Source: Nitrospinales bacterium (GTDB taxonomy: Bacteria > Nitrospinota > Nitrospinia > Nitrospinales > VA-1). From it: a stretch of DNA of 32,000 nucleotides. Of the stretch, positions 1-8,430 are shown piece by piece; the stretch's first letter is position 1; every line of letters starts with the position of its first letter. The DNA lies in NCBI GenBank assembly GCA_965262115.1, contig OZ253496.1, positions 1,315,175-1,347,174 on the forward strand, written 5' to 3'. Made by a program: the position numbers and the translations under genes. Below the pieces are notes generated by a model. That model was not told where the DNA came from and made no database searches. It saw nothing but the letters and a program-made list of their open reading frames with translations.

Positions 1-7
1 CGTCCTA

Positions 8-37
8 TTGCCCTCGGCGGCTCGCCGATGGTACAAT
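8..37 (+). promoter_or_regulatory. candidate sigma70-type promoter upstream of crcB
   Basis: TTGCCC (8-13), 18-nt spacer, TACAAT (32-37). GGAG at 56-59 and the crcB ATG at 72 follow. Hexamer match only. Confidence 0.3.
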
Positions 38-71
38 TTCGGCGGGGAAAACAGTGGAGACATTTTAGAGC

Positions 72-452
72 ATGTCACTTTGGTTAATCGTGGGTTTTGG
101 CGGGTTTATCGGGGCGATTTTACGCTACTGGGTCAGTGGGTGGATTCAGAGTGGATTCGTCACCTTCCCTTTTGGTACTATCGGGGTGAACTTTATTGGC
201 AGTTTGCTGCTGGCGCTGGTCATGTACGCCTCCGAATACCGAGGCCTTTTTGGCGAAGAAACACGGGTGTTCCTGACCATCGGTGTTCTCGGCTCGTTCA
301 CCACCATGTCGACCCTCAGCTATGAGTCAATGAAACTTTTGGAACAAGACCAGCATATGCTGTTTGGACTTAACCTGGTGGGAACCGTCACGCTCTGCCT
401 GCTGGCCGTTTACATGGGAAAAGTTTTGATCACCGTTATAGGACTTAAATAA
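72..452 (+). CDS. crcB: fluoride ion channel CrcB/FluC
   Basis: 126 aa with four hydrophobic segments. LIVGFGGFIGAILRYWVSG at the N-terminus and LTIGVLGSFTTMSTLSYE in segment 3 match the two signature regions of the CrcB family. Confidence 0.9.
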   Translation: MSLWLIVGFGGFIGAILRYWVSGWIQSGFVTFPFGTIGVNFIGSLLLALVMYASEYRGLFGEETRVFLTIGVLGSFTTMSTLSYESMKLLEQDQHMLFGLNLVGTVTLCLLAVYMGKVLITVIGLK

Positions 453-453
453 A

Positions 454-810
454 ATGAAAAAAGAATCCGATGCCATTCTTCTGAGAATTTTTATCGGCGA
501 GTCCGACAAATATGAGGGCGTGCCGCTTTCCAAATATCTGGTGGAATTTTTCAAGAATGAGGGGTTGGCTGGAGCCACTGTTTTGAGGGGGATCAGCGGA
601 TTCGAGAAATCCAGCAAACTGCACACGACATCCATACTAAGATTATCCGATGACCTGCCGATCGTGGTGGAAGTGGTGGACCGGAAAGAAAATATCGAAC
701 GTGTCAAACCGAAACTGGACGACGTGATCGAAGAAGGATTGATCACCGAAGAAGAAGTTAAAATCATCCTCTACGAAGGAACCAGGCGCGGAGCCGAGGG
801 TGAAAAGTAA
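454..810 (+). CDS. DUF190 (PII-like) protein, the usual crcB partner
   Basis: 118 aa, with ATG one nt after the crcB stop. LRIFIGESDKYEGVPL...GLAGATVLRGISGF is the DUF190 signature as I recall it. Adjacency to crcB is typical. Confidence 0.8.
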   Translation: MKKESDAILLRIFIGESDKYEGVPLSKYLVEFFKNEGLAGATVLRGISGFEKSSKLHTTSILRLSDDLPIVVEVVDRKENIERVKPKLDDVIEEGLITEEEVKIILYEGTRRGAEGEK

Positions 811-848
811 TAGGTCTGTCTGGATAGCAATCTAATTTCAAATAGTAT

Positions 849-925
<77 letters not shown>

Positions 926-1188
926 TTTAAAACAAAGGTTTATGGGTTTCCTCCCGTAGACCTTTTTCTTTTAGTCGGCACATAGTAGGCGGTAGGGAAA
1001 AGTAAGGGGATAAAACTTCATACAGGGGAAAGCGGACAGGCTTCTTACTCCCGCTACTCCCGCTACTTTTCAGCAATTTCCCCGATTTCCCGCCTGTTAA
1101 TTTTCTCATTTGTGGCTGAAGGTGCGTGGATTCGGGCAAGGCATATATTATTAGATAAAGACTGACATATTTTTTAGGAGGACAGACA

Positions 1189-1479
1189 ATGGCCAGTTAT
1201 CTAATGCTAGGCAATTTCACAGACCAGGGAATTAGAAACGTTGAAGAAACCATCAAACGTGGGGAGCGCTTCAAAGAGATGGCTAAAGAATGTGGAGTGG
1301 AGATCGAGGAACTCATGTGGTTGTTGGGAGATCACGATGTATTCTGCATTGCTGACGCTGAAAATGACCTTGCGATCACTACCTTGCTCCTGAAGGCGGG
1401 ATCAAAAGGATTCATCAAGACCAGCACCTCTCGGGCCTTTAGCAAGGACGAGATGGGCGCCATCGTCCAAAAAATGTAA
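1189..1479 (+). CDS. GYD domain-containing protein
   Basis: 96 aa. LGNFTDQGIRNVEETIKRGERFKE...LLGDHDVFCIADAENDLAITTLLLKAGSKGFIKTSTSRAF follows the GYD-family layout (GDHD in place of GxYD). AGGAGG lies at 1176-1181, 7 nt before the ATG. Confidence 0.8.
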   Translation: MASYLMLGNFTDQGIRNVEETIKRGERFKEMAKECGVEIEELMWLLGDHDVFCIADAENDLAITTLLLKAGSKGFIKTSTSRAFSKDEMGAIVQKM

Positions 1480-1547
1480 TAGAGGAATTGTTCAGTAACA
1501 AGAAGGGGGGTAACCTCAATGGGTATACCCGGGTGCCAGGGGGTCCG

Positions 1548-1609
1548 CGATAAACCCCTACCAAGAGTCCGCCAAGCTTATGGTTTATTCTCTTGGTAGG
1601 GGTTTATCG
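1548..1609. repeat. perfect 20-bp inverted repeat (stem-loop), possible terminator or repeat-element relic
   Basis: CGATAAACCCCTACCAAGAG (1548-1567) and its exact reverse complement CTCTTGGTAGGGGTTTATCG (1590-1609) flank a 22-nt loop. TTTT follows. It sits ~70 nt downstream of the GYD gene. Confidence 0.6.
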
Positions 1610-1733
1610 TTTTGGGATAGTTATTCCCCCTGATCTAATTCCATCTTATAAAACACCCCCGCCTCTCAAAAAAGCCATTGATCACACGTTTTATATTTAC
1701 ATTACCTCATTGATTGATTTAGTGATTCGGAAA

Positions 1734-1748
1734 TGGCAAAATCTTAGC
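1734..1748 (+). promoter_or_regulatory. candidate sigma54-type -24/-12 element
   Basis: TGGCAAAATCTTAGC has GG and GC at the canonical spacing of TGGCAC-N5-TTGC, but the -12 box is TAGC. It lies 65 nt upstream of the ATG at 1813. Weak. Confidence 0.2.
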
Positions 1749-1812
1749 CTAGTCCAAGGTAAAATATTTTTTGAATAAGAAATCCTGATCAACTTTTAAT
1801 TGAGGTGATTCC

Positions 1813-2658
1813 ATGAAGCGCATGATTGGCATAGGCGGTGGATTACTGGTTTTAGTCGCTATCGCGGTATTTTTCTTATACTCATCGCTGGATACGATTA
1901 TCACAAGCGCTGTTGAAAAGTTCGGTTCGGAAATCACGCAAACCCGGGTCACCCTGAAGGAAACAAAAATTTCGCCCACCGATGGCAAGGGGACTCTGCG
2001 CGGATTCAGAATGACCAATCCGGCAAACTTTAAAACCGAAAGCGCTGTCGAGTTTGATGAAATCAGCATGACGTTGAACATCAAAACGATTACTGAAGAC
2101 ACAATAGTCGTCAAAGATATAACCATTTCCGGCCCCAGGATCACTTACGAACATAGTTCCAGTGGCAGCAACATTGATGTGATTAAGAGAAATGTGGACT
2201 CTTATCTGGGAACGGGATCCAAAGAGAAAACTGGCAGCAAAAAGCTCATCATCGAAAAACTATCCATCCTCAACGGCAAAGCCAATGTCAGCGCCGCGAT
2301 TCTGCAAGGCAAAACCATATCGGTAAATATTCCCGATATTGTTTTGAAATACATTGGCAAAAGCAAAGGTGGCGCAACACCGGGAGAGGTGGTCAACAAA
2401 GTAATGGCCGCCCTGCAAAAAAATATCAATGGAGCGGTCACACCCCTGAATCTGGATCAGGTTAAAGAGGTGGTGGGCTCAGTCGTTTCCGGAGCCAAGG
2501 ATATGCTGGAGAAAGGTACCTCCGGAGTTAAAGACATGCTGGAAAAAGGCGCGACCAAAGATATGATTGAAAGCGGTAAGAGCATGATTGAAAACAGCAA
2601 AGACCTGATTGAAAAAAACCCGGTCGGTGATGCCATGAAAGGACTCTTTGGAAATTGA
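1813..2658 (+). CDS. membrane-anchored hypothetical protein with C-terminal KDM(L/I)E repeats
   Basis: 281 aa. GAGGTG precedes the ATG and there is an N-terminal hydrophobic helix IGIGGGLLVLVAIAVFFLY. The C-terminus is a degenerate repeat GAKDMLEKG/GVKDMLEKG/TKDMIESG/KSMIENS/KDLIEKN. No confident family assignment. Confidence 0.6.
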   Translation: MKRMIGIGGGLLVLVAIAVFFLYSSLDTIITSAVEKFGSEITQTRVTLKETKISPTDGKGTLRGFRMTNPANFKTESAVEFDEISMTLNIKTITEDTIVVKDITISGPRITYEHSSSGSNIDVIKRNVDSYLGTGSKEKTGSKKLIIEKLSILNGKANVSAAILQGKTISVNIPDIVLKYIGKSKGGATPGEVVNKVMAALQKNINGAVTPLNLDQVKEVVGSVVSGAKDMLEKGTSGVKDMLEKGATKDMIESGKSMIENSKDLIEKNPVGDAMKGLFGN

Positions 2659-2737
2659 GCGGAGAACCGCCAGAAATAGACTGATCCCAATTCGCATAAG
2701 GTTTACCGCCTTTACTAAAACTCATCCGACACACGGA

Positions 2738-4273
2738 TCATGATCGCTTTTTATAGATGAGAAGATAATGGTTGGATCGGGGAAGATAACCCCTCGCCTG
2801 CTCACCCCATTTATAAAGCGTCTCCTCGCGGGAAAGGATATCTACCACTCCGGAAATCTCATACCCTCTGGCCACAAAACCCTGAGCCCAGTCTATCAAC
2901 AGGGTTTGTGAATTTGAATCGAACAACCAGGATGTGTGAATATTCGCCAGCACGATGAATTCAGGCCGGGAAACTTGTATTTCCAGAATCATCTCTGTCT
3001 GCATATGGCGGGCGTAGGAATGTTGTTCCCCCAGGTGATACATATAAAGATGCCGCGTCGCGGATTTCCTTTTTGAATAAAATAAGATCTGCGGTTCCGA
3101 CCCAAAAATGGCAACTCTGTCATCTTTTTGTGAATGGTCGCGAATGTATTTAGCGATCTCAAGAGACTCCGGAAAAGGATTCGGATAGTATATCGATCGG
3201 GTCGCTTCGGTGACCGGGAGGGTGAAGAAAAAATCCGTCTTGCTCAATACAGGAAACCCCAGAATCACAGTCAGGATTCCCACAGGGATTGCAGTTTTAA
3301 TTCCGCGAAACCTCAAGCTCTCGAAACCTGCGCCCACAAGCAGAGAAACGGCGGGCATCCATAACAAAAAATAATGTGGCCTGAAATAGAGCCCGGGAGT
3401 CACCGCTAAAAATGAACACACAAAGAATCCGATCAAGAATTTGTATTCCCGCCTGACATCCTTTCTCCAGCCTACCGATACCAGTCCCAACAAAGCTAAC
3501 AACAGGATCGGAAAATTGGACTCTAAAATTTGTTCGAAAACCCATTTGAAGTTTTCAAAACCCTGATCCAGCGGAACCATGGAAACGTATTCCAAAGGGT
3601 ATAGAAATGTGCAGAACCAGAAATCAGAAGAATTTCCGGTAACCTGGTAGAGTAAGGCTGAAAGAATCACCGGTGCCAACCCGCCTGCCGCAAACAACCC
3701 TAAAGTCAGACGGGGTTTTTTGAGAGGTTGGGTGATAACTCTGTAACTCAGATAAACCGCGCCAAAAAGGCAAAAAAAGACAGCATGCTGCTTTATCAGC
3801 AGAGCAAACCCCAACAGAAGTCCGCTTAAGAAAAACCGTGCGGGTTGATCCTGAGCTATCCGCAATAGCCAAATCCCGCCGATGGCAAAAAGCAGGACAA
3901 AGTGTTCTGAATTTGCCCAAAAACCCTGAAGGAATGGAGTCAAGGTTAAAACACAAAAGCTAACCCCTGCTACAATACCCGCGGACAGGCTCAATAAATT
4001 TCTCCCCAGTAAAAACAGAAGAAACGCCGTGGCAAGGTTTACAAATAACAAGGACAAATGAATGGCAACAGGGGTCTGGCCAAAAACTGCCAGAACTGCG
4101 GCATACACTAAAAAGATGCCGGGAAATTTCATGCTGTGGGCTTCGGTATAAGGCAGGACCCCCTGAAGCAACTGCTGGGCCACATAGGCATACTCACCTT
4201 CATCACGTTCAAGGGGAACTCCCAAAAGTCGGAGCCGGACCAAAACGATGCTTACCAGGAAAATCGCGGCCAT
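2738..4273 (-). CDS. ArnT/PMT-like glycosyltransferase (GT39/GT83 type), polytopic membrane protein
   Basis: 511 aa with more than 10 hydrophobic segments in the N-terminal two thirds. The first loop carries ERDEGEYAYVAQQLL (the D-E motif of the ArnT/PMT_2 superfamily). The frame stays open upstream, so the start may lie further 5'. Confidence 0.8.
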   Translation of the reverse strand: MAAIFLVSIVLVRLRLLGVPLERDEGEYAYVAQQLLQGVLPYTEAHSMKFPGIFLVYAAVLAVFGQTPVAIHLSLLFVNLATAFLLFLLGRNLLSLSAGIVAGVSFCVLTLTPFLQGFWANSEHFVLLFAIGGIWLLRIAQDQPARFFLSGLLLGFALLIKQHAVFFCLFGAVYLSYRVITQPLKKPRLTLGLFAAGGLAPVILSALLYQVTGNSSDFWFCTFLYPLEYVSMVPLDQGFENFKWVFEQILESNFPILLLALLGLVSVGWRKDVRREYKFLIGFFVCSFLAVTPGLYFRPHYFLLWMPAVSLLVGAGFESLRFRGIKTAIPVGILTVILGFPVLSKTDFFFTLPVTEATRSIYYPNPFPESLEIAKYIRDHSQKDDRVAIFGSEPQILFYSKRKSATRHLYMYHLGEQHSYARHMQTEMILEIQVSRPEFIVLANIHTSWLFDSNSQTLLIDWAQGFVARGYEISGVVDILSREETLYKWGEQARGYLPRSNHYLLIYKKRS

Positions 4274-5252
4274 CCATAACAGATATGTACTTTGGGGACT
4301 TCTAGTGGATTGCGTGGACTGTATTTTTGTGCTCCTGAAAAAAATGGTGGGTCAACCGGTAATATCAATGGGAAGAATCTGCAAAGCCAGCCTTCCTCAC
4401 CACAGAGGGTAAAATAGGTTCAAGAACATGTAAACAGATAAAAGCTATCCAGGCATTCCTGCTTCAAGCTAAACTCCTCTTTGACCTGCTTGACAAAAGG
4501 ATCCAGTGGATTCGGAGTACGCGAAAGATAAAACCAGGCGAGGGGTTACGGCGTCAGGCTCCCCTTCTCTCGCTCGAAAAGTCTCTTCGCATTTCTGACC
4601 GGCGGGAAGCCTCGCGTTTATCGAGGGCAATGGTCAATAATGATTGTCTCCGGTCTTCATTCCTTCGACCAGGAAAGTCTCTTCTTTCCTCCTGGCGCTG
4701 ATCCCCTTCTTCAGTATCCAGAAACAAAATTTCGCCCAGTAGGGACTCTTGAGTAGAATACTTGCAGGACGCATATATTCCCACTTTTTCCTCACTATTA
4801 AAACCCCATTTTTTTAGGAATTTAGATTTTTTTCTAGTCTCCTATCCGTATCAAGCAGAACTCCTCATCTGCCAGGACCAAGTATCCACTAAAAATACAA
4901 ACAGTTATATAAATTTCAGGGGGATAGACCCTGCAAAAACCAATATCCCGCGTCCCCGACGGGCAAACAGGAACTATATATTTCAGCAAATAGGTTGGGT
5001 TCAGACACACTTTATGATACAATCCCCGAGCAAATGGGTTGACGTTAGTTGATGACTGTTTTTTAGGAAAACTATCAGGATAAATCGGAGCGCAAATTGA
5101 TGGGCTTTATTTCCCAAACCGTCCAAGCACAACCATGTATGGTTTTTTTTGCTCCACAAAAGGCAAAATGCCAACCTAAATTCAAATTTGGGAAACCCTG
5201 ATTTCCGGATCAGGAAAAAAGTTCCCGCTTATTTTGCAGGAGAGCATTTAGC

Positions 5253-5453
5253 ATGGATCAAGGAAAAGTAAAATGGTTCAACGAAAGCAAAGGTTATGGT
5301 TTTATCGAGTCCGATGATGGTGAAGATTGTTTTGTTCATTTTTCAGAAATTCAAGGTGATGGCTTCAAAACCCTCCATGAAGGACAGGCCGTGGAATTCG
5401 AAAAGACCATGGGTCAAAAAGGACCGCAAGCCTCAAAAGTTGTCCCCAAATAA
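5253..5453 (+). CDS. csp: cold-shock protein (CspA family)
   Basis: 66 aa. [14 protein letters not shown] (RNP1) and CFVHFSEI (RNP2). AGGAGAG lies upstream. Confidence 0.95.
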   Translation: MDQGKVKWFNESKGYGFIESDDGEDCFVHFSEIQGDGFKTLHEGQAVEFEKTMGQKGPQASKVVPK

Positions 5454-5474
5454 AGCAGTTTCAAGTGTCTTTCC

Positions 5475-5498
5475 CCGGCAGAGTTTTTACTCTGCCGG
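5475..5498 (+). terminator. candidate intrinsic terminator after csp
   Basis: CCGGCAGAG-TTTTTA-CTCTGCCGG is a 9-bp perfect stem, 22 nt after the csp stop. It is followed by TTAAGTTT, a weak U-tract. Confidence 0.5.
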
Positions 5499-5555
5499 TT
5501 AAGTTTCGGCCACTAACCCAATTGCGTACAAGACATATTAGAAAGAGGAAAGACT

Positions 5556-5738
5556 ATGCATGAAGTAAAAGTTTATGACAGTTCTGGTAACTTGAAAAAA
5601 ATCATTTCCGTTAAAACCCTTACACAAAGGTCTGACCAGCAAATCAAGTCGCCTTCCCTGTACAATAAGAAATGGCGCAAGGCAAAGCCGATGGTCAAAG
5701 TTGAGAAAAAGGATCCCAAGGCCGCTTCAACAAGGTAA
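5556..5738 (+). CDS. small basic hypothetical protein (60 aa)
   Basis: AGAGGA lies 6 nt before the ATG. The C-terminus is lysine-rich (KKWRKAKPMVKVEKKDPKAASTR). No recognisable family. An antisense ORF (5573..5767) lacks an SD. Confidence 0.4.
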   Translation: MHEVKVYDSSGNLKKIISVKTLTQRSDQQIKSPSLYNKKWRKAKPMVKVEKKDPKAASTR

Positions 5739-5959
5739 CCCCAGAGCTTTGGGGCTCCTTTCCGCATTCATTTTCTACACTGTAAAAGTTCCAGTCACCG
5801 CCCCCCCCCAGATTTATACTGAGCCTCAGTTCAATCCCCGCTAGGGGGTAAAGCCCCCCCCTTATCTAATTAGCAGACAAGCCAGGCCTGGGAAGCTGTG
5901 GAGCTTCCTGATTCGCTTTTTATGGTGGAACGCCACCTTGTTATTGATACAATACCGTC

Positions 5960-7801
5960 ATGCCTTTGAAAATAGCATTGATCAACATGCCCTTCGGGTT
6001 CCATATCTATCCATCCATCCAGTTGGGGACTCTCTCGACCTTACTGAAAACCCACGGTTGCGAGGTAAAGAGCCATTACCTGAACCTTCATTTTGCGCAT
6101 CAGCTCGGCCTGCCGGTCTACAACCAACTCTGTGAAAAACGCTTCCTGATTGGCGAGTGGCTGTTCTCCCACCCCCTTTTCGGGGACAATGCCAGGAACC
6201 AGGATTACATGAACCATTTTGACCCGCATATTGAAGATGTCTGCCAATCCATTGAGCGTCCAAGGGAGTTTTTAGTCGATGTAAAGACCAAAATGGTCCC
6301 CGAATTTCTTCAGTGGGCCCGGGACTCCTGCGACTGGGGAGCCTTTGATGTCGTAGGCTTTTCTTCGACCTTCAATCAAAACATCGCCAGTCTGACTCTG
6401 GCTAAATGGATCAAGGAAAAATATCCCCATGTAAAAATCCTGTTTGGCGGGTCCAATTTTGAATCCGATATGGGATTGGAATATTTCCGGGTCTTTCCAT
6501 GGATCGATTATGTAGTACCCGGAGAAGCTGAAGATGTATTGCCACAACTGGTCAAATATCTCGAACAGGGCGGGCCGGTTCCCCGCAGCGTGGTTCACCG
6601 CTGTGAAGGGGAAGTGCTTTATCAGGAGCCCGAGGCTATGTTCGGCAACTTTCAGGATTACCCGGCTCCCGATTACGACGATTTTTTTGATCAGTTGCGG
6701 GAGATAGATCCGAATTCTTCTCTGCTGGAAAACCCGGTTATTCTTTATGAAACCGCGCGGGGTTGCTGGTGGGGGGAGAAACATCACTGCACTTTTTGTG
6801 GTTTGAACGCCAGTACCATGAAGTTCCGGTCCAAGCCTATCGAGCAGGTTCACGCCGATCTTTCCCAGCTTTCAAAAAAATACGACACCTTTCGCTTCCG
6901 ACTGGTCGACAACATCCTGGAAATGAAATATATCGACGGAGTTTTTGGTGCCCTGGCTGAAAACAACTATGACCTGCATTTTTTTATTGAAGTCAAAAGT
7001 AACCTGACTAAAAAGCAAATCAAGACTCTGGCTCAGGGTGGGGCAAAAGCAATTCAGCCAGGCATTGAGAGTTTCAGCAGTAATCAATTGCAGGAAATGG
7101 ATAAGGGCGTCCGGCCCCTGCAAAACATTCTCTGTATGAAATGGGCGATGTATTATGGCATTGAGATCAACTGGAATATCCTGATCGGGTTTCCTGGCGA
7201 AACAGATGACGATTACCGGCAGCAGATTGACCTGATTAAACTACTGTTCCATCTGCCTCCGCCCGAGTGCGTCGGCAGCCTATGGCTCGAAAGGTTCAGC
7301 CCCTATTTCCAGCGGCCGGAAGAATATGGAATAAAAATCACGGCACCGGGGGAAGCCTATCCCTTTGTTTATGATCATCCCGATGTCGACCATTTAAAAA
7401 TCGCTTATGATTTTGAATTTGAAACGAGTAACCGGATTGACCCGCAACTGAAGCAGGAGTTATTTCAAACTGCGGAAGAATGGAAACAAAGACACCAGTC
7501 AGAACAATTGCCTTACCTGATTTTTACCAAGGCCATGGATTTTGTGACCGTTTATGACCAAAGGTCACTGGAATCCATCAAAACCAGATTGGAAGGACCA
7601 CATGCCTGGGCATTCATCTGCTGCAACGAAGCACCAAAATCCGTGGAACAAATTCGCCAATATTTCCGGGAAAAAATGGAGCAAGAGCCTGAAGACAATC
7701 TGGCCGAAAATGCCATTGCCTATCTTGAAGAAAAAGGCTTCCTTTATGGAGAGCGGGGCAAATACCTGAATCTGGCCCTGCCGCATAATTCCAACCTTTA
7801 A
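5960..7801 (+). CDS. B12-binding-domain radical SAM enzyme, RiPP-maturation (C-methyltransferase-like, TIGR03975-type) family
   Basis: 613 aa. The N-terminus is cobalamin-binding-like (KIALINMPFG..., DVVGFSSTFNQNIASL..., KILFGGSN). The core motif ETARGCWWGEKHHCTFCGLN (C-x7-C-x2-C) I recall as diagnostic of the bacteriocin/RiPP maturation radical SAM protein 1 family. A long C-terminal extension follows. The subfamily call is from memory, not searched. Confidence 0.75.
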   Translation: MPLKIALINMPFGFHIYPSIQLGTLSTLLKTHGCEVKSHYLNLHFAHQLGLPVYNQLCEKRFLIGEWLFSHPLFGDNARNQDYMNHFDPHIEDVCQSIERPREFLVDVKTKMVPEFLQWARDSCDWGAFDVVGFSSTFNQNIASLTLAKWIKEKYPHVKILFGGSNFESDMGLEYFRVFPWIDYVVPGEAEDVLPQLVKYLEQGGPVPRSVVHRCEGEVLYQEPEAMFGNFQDYPAPDYDDFFDQLREIDPNSSLLENPVILYETARGCWWGEKHHCTFCGLNASTMKFRSKPIEQVHADLSQLSKKYDTFRFRLVDNILEMKYIDGVFGALAENNYDLHFFIEVKSNLTKKQIKTLAQGGAKAIQPGIESFSSNQLQEMDKGVRPLQNILCMKWAMYYGIEINWNILIGFPGETDDDYRQQIDLIKLLFHLPPPECVGSLWLERFSPYFQRPEEYGIKITAPGEAYPFVYDHPDVDHLKIAYDFEFETSNRIDPQLKQELFQTAEEWKQRHQSEQLPYLIFTKAMDFVTVYDQRSLESIKTRLEGPHAWAFICCNEAPKSVEQIRQYFREKMEQEPEDNLAENAIAYLEEKGFLYGERGKYLNLALPHNSNL

Positions 7802-7812
7802 ACTCTTACGTT

Positions 7813-8430
7813 ATGAAAAAACCCGGATCAAAGGGCGAGCATAATCTGCAAAAAAAATTTGAAGCTGAGAAACGCGCGTCAGCCTTTTATAATTCCCAAT
7901 TGCTCAACCAGCTTAATCCTGAAATGTGCCGGTTTATTGTTGAGCAGGAAATGGTTTTCATTTCCACCTCTGACTCAAAAGGTGAGTGTGACGCCTCCTT
8001 CCGTGCTGGCCATGCCGGTTTCGTGGAAGTCCTGGACGAAAAAACCCTGCTCTTTCCCGAATACCGAGGCAATGGAGTTCTGGCCAGCATGGGGAACATT
8101 GCGGAAAATCCGCATATAGGAATGGTCTTTGTTGATTTCTACCGAAGCTCTATAGGACTGCATGTCAATGGAAATGCAGAAATCCTTTCCAACGAGGAAC
8201 TGGAGGCCAGTCACGATTTGTCTGAAAAAATAAAACAGGCACTTACAAATTCGGGTTCACGGAAACCCATAGCATGGATCAAGGTCGAAGTAGAAGAAGC
8301 CTATATCCACTGCTCCAAACATATCCCTCTCATGAAAAAAAGAGATAAAACCATTCATTGGGGAACCGATGACGAAAAACTAAAAGGCGGTGATTTTTTT
8401 AATGCCAAAGGCCGCAACTCATCAACATGA
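7813..8430 (+). CDS. pyridoxamine 5'-phosphate oxidase-like (split-barrel FMN-binding) family protein
   Basis: 205 aa, 11 nt after the radical SAM stop. GEHNLQKKFEAEKRA..., MVFISTSDSKGECDASFRAG..., FPEYRGNGVLASMGNIAENPHIGMVFVDF resemble the PNPOx-like family (COG3576 type), recalled. Confidence 0.7.
   Translation: MKKPGSKGEHNLQKKFEAEKRASAFYNSQLLNQLNPEMCRFIVEQEMVFISTSDSKGECDASFRAGHAGFVEVLDEKTLLFPEYRGNGVLASMGNIAENPHIGMVFVDFYRSSIGLHVNGNAEILSNEELEASHDLSEKIKQALTNSGSRKPIAWIKVEVEEAYIHCSKHIPLMKKRDKTIHWGTDDEKLKGGDFFNAKGRNSST

Noticed and set aside
1-80. Fluoride riboswitch upstream of crcB. GCCGATGG at 24-31 resembles the 5' GGCGAUGG of the crcB motif, and a hairpin (53-63 with 72-79) can pair with the SD and ATG.
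   Set aside because: The 3' half of the aptamer (…UGAUGA plus a pseudoknot partner for GGUAC, then CCUAC) is absent. The segment is better read as the spacer of a TTGCCC-N18-TACAAT promoter. The hairpin is only 8 bp with a bulge. The window edge also cuts the upstream context.
8-325. 105-aa ORF overlapping crcB in another frame.
   Set aside because: It lies entirely within the well-supported crcB gene, is Arg/Trp-rich and has no family resemblance.
926-1188. Possible integration scar downstream of tRNA-Arg. It includes the tandem TACTCCCGC x2 at 1046-1063 and the 70-aa minus-strand ORF 927..1139.
   Set aside because: No duplicated tRNA 3' end and no integrase were found. The ORF has no SD or family resemblance, and the 9-nt tandem is too short to interpret.
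4554-4784. 76-aa minus-strand ORF (Arg/Glu-rich).
   Set aside because: Its composition is low-complexity and it has no family resemblance. Another frame of the same DNA gives the more protein-like FLVEG segment, so the ORF is probably a frame artefact within a relic.
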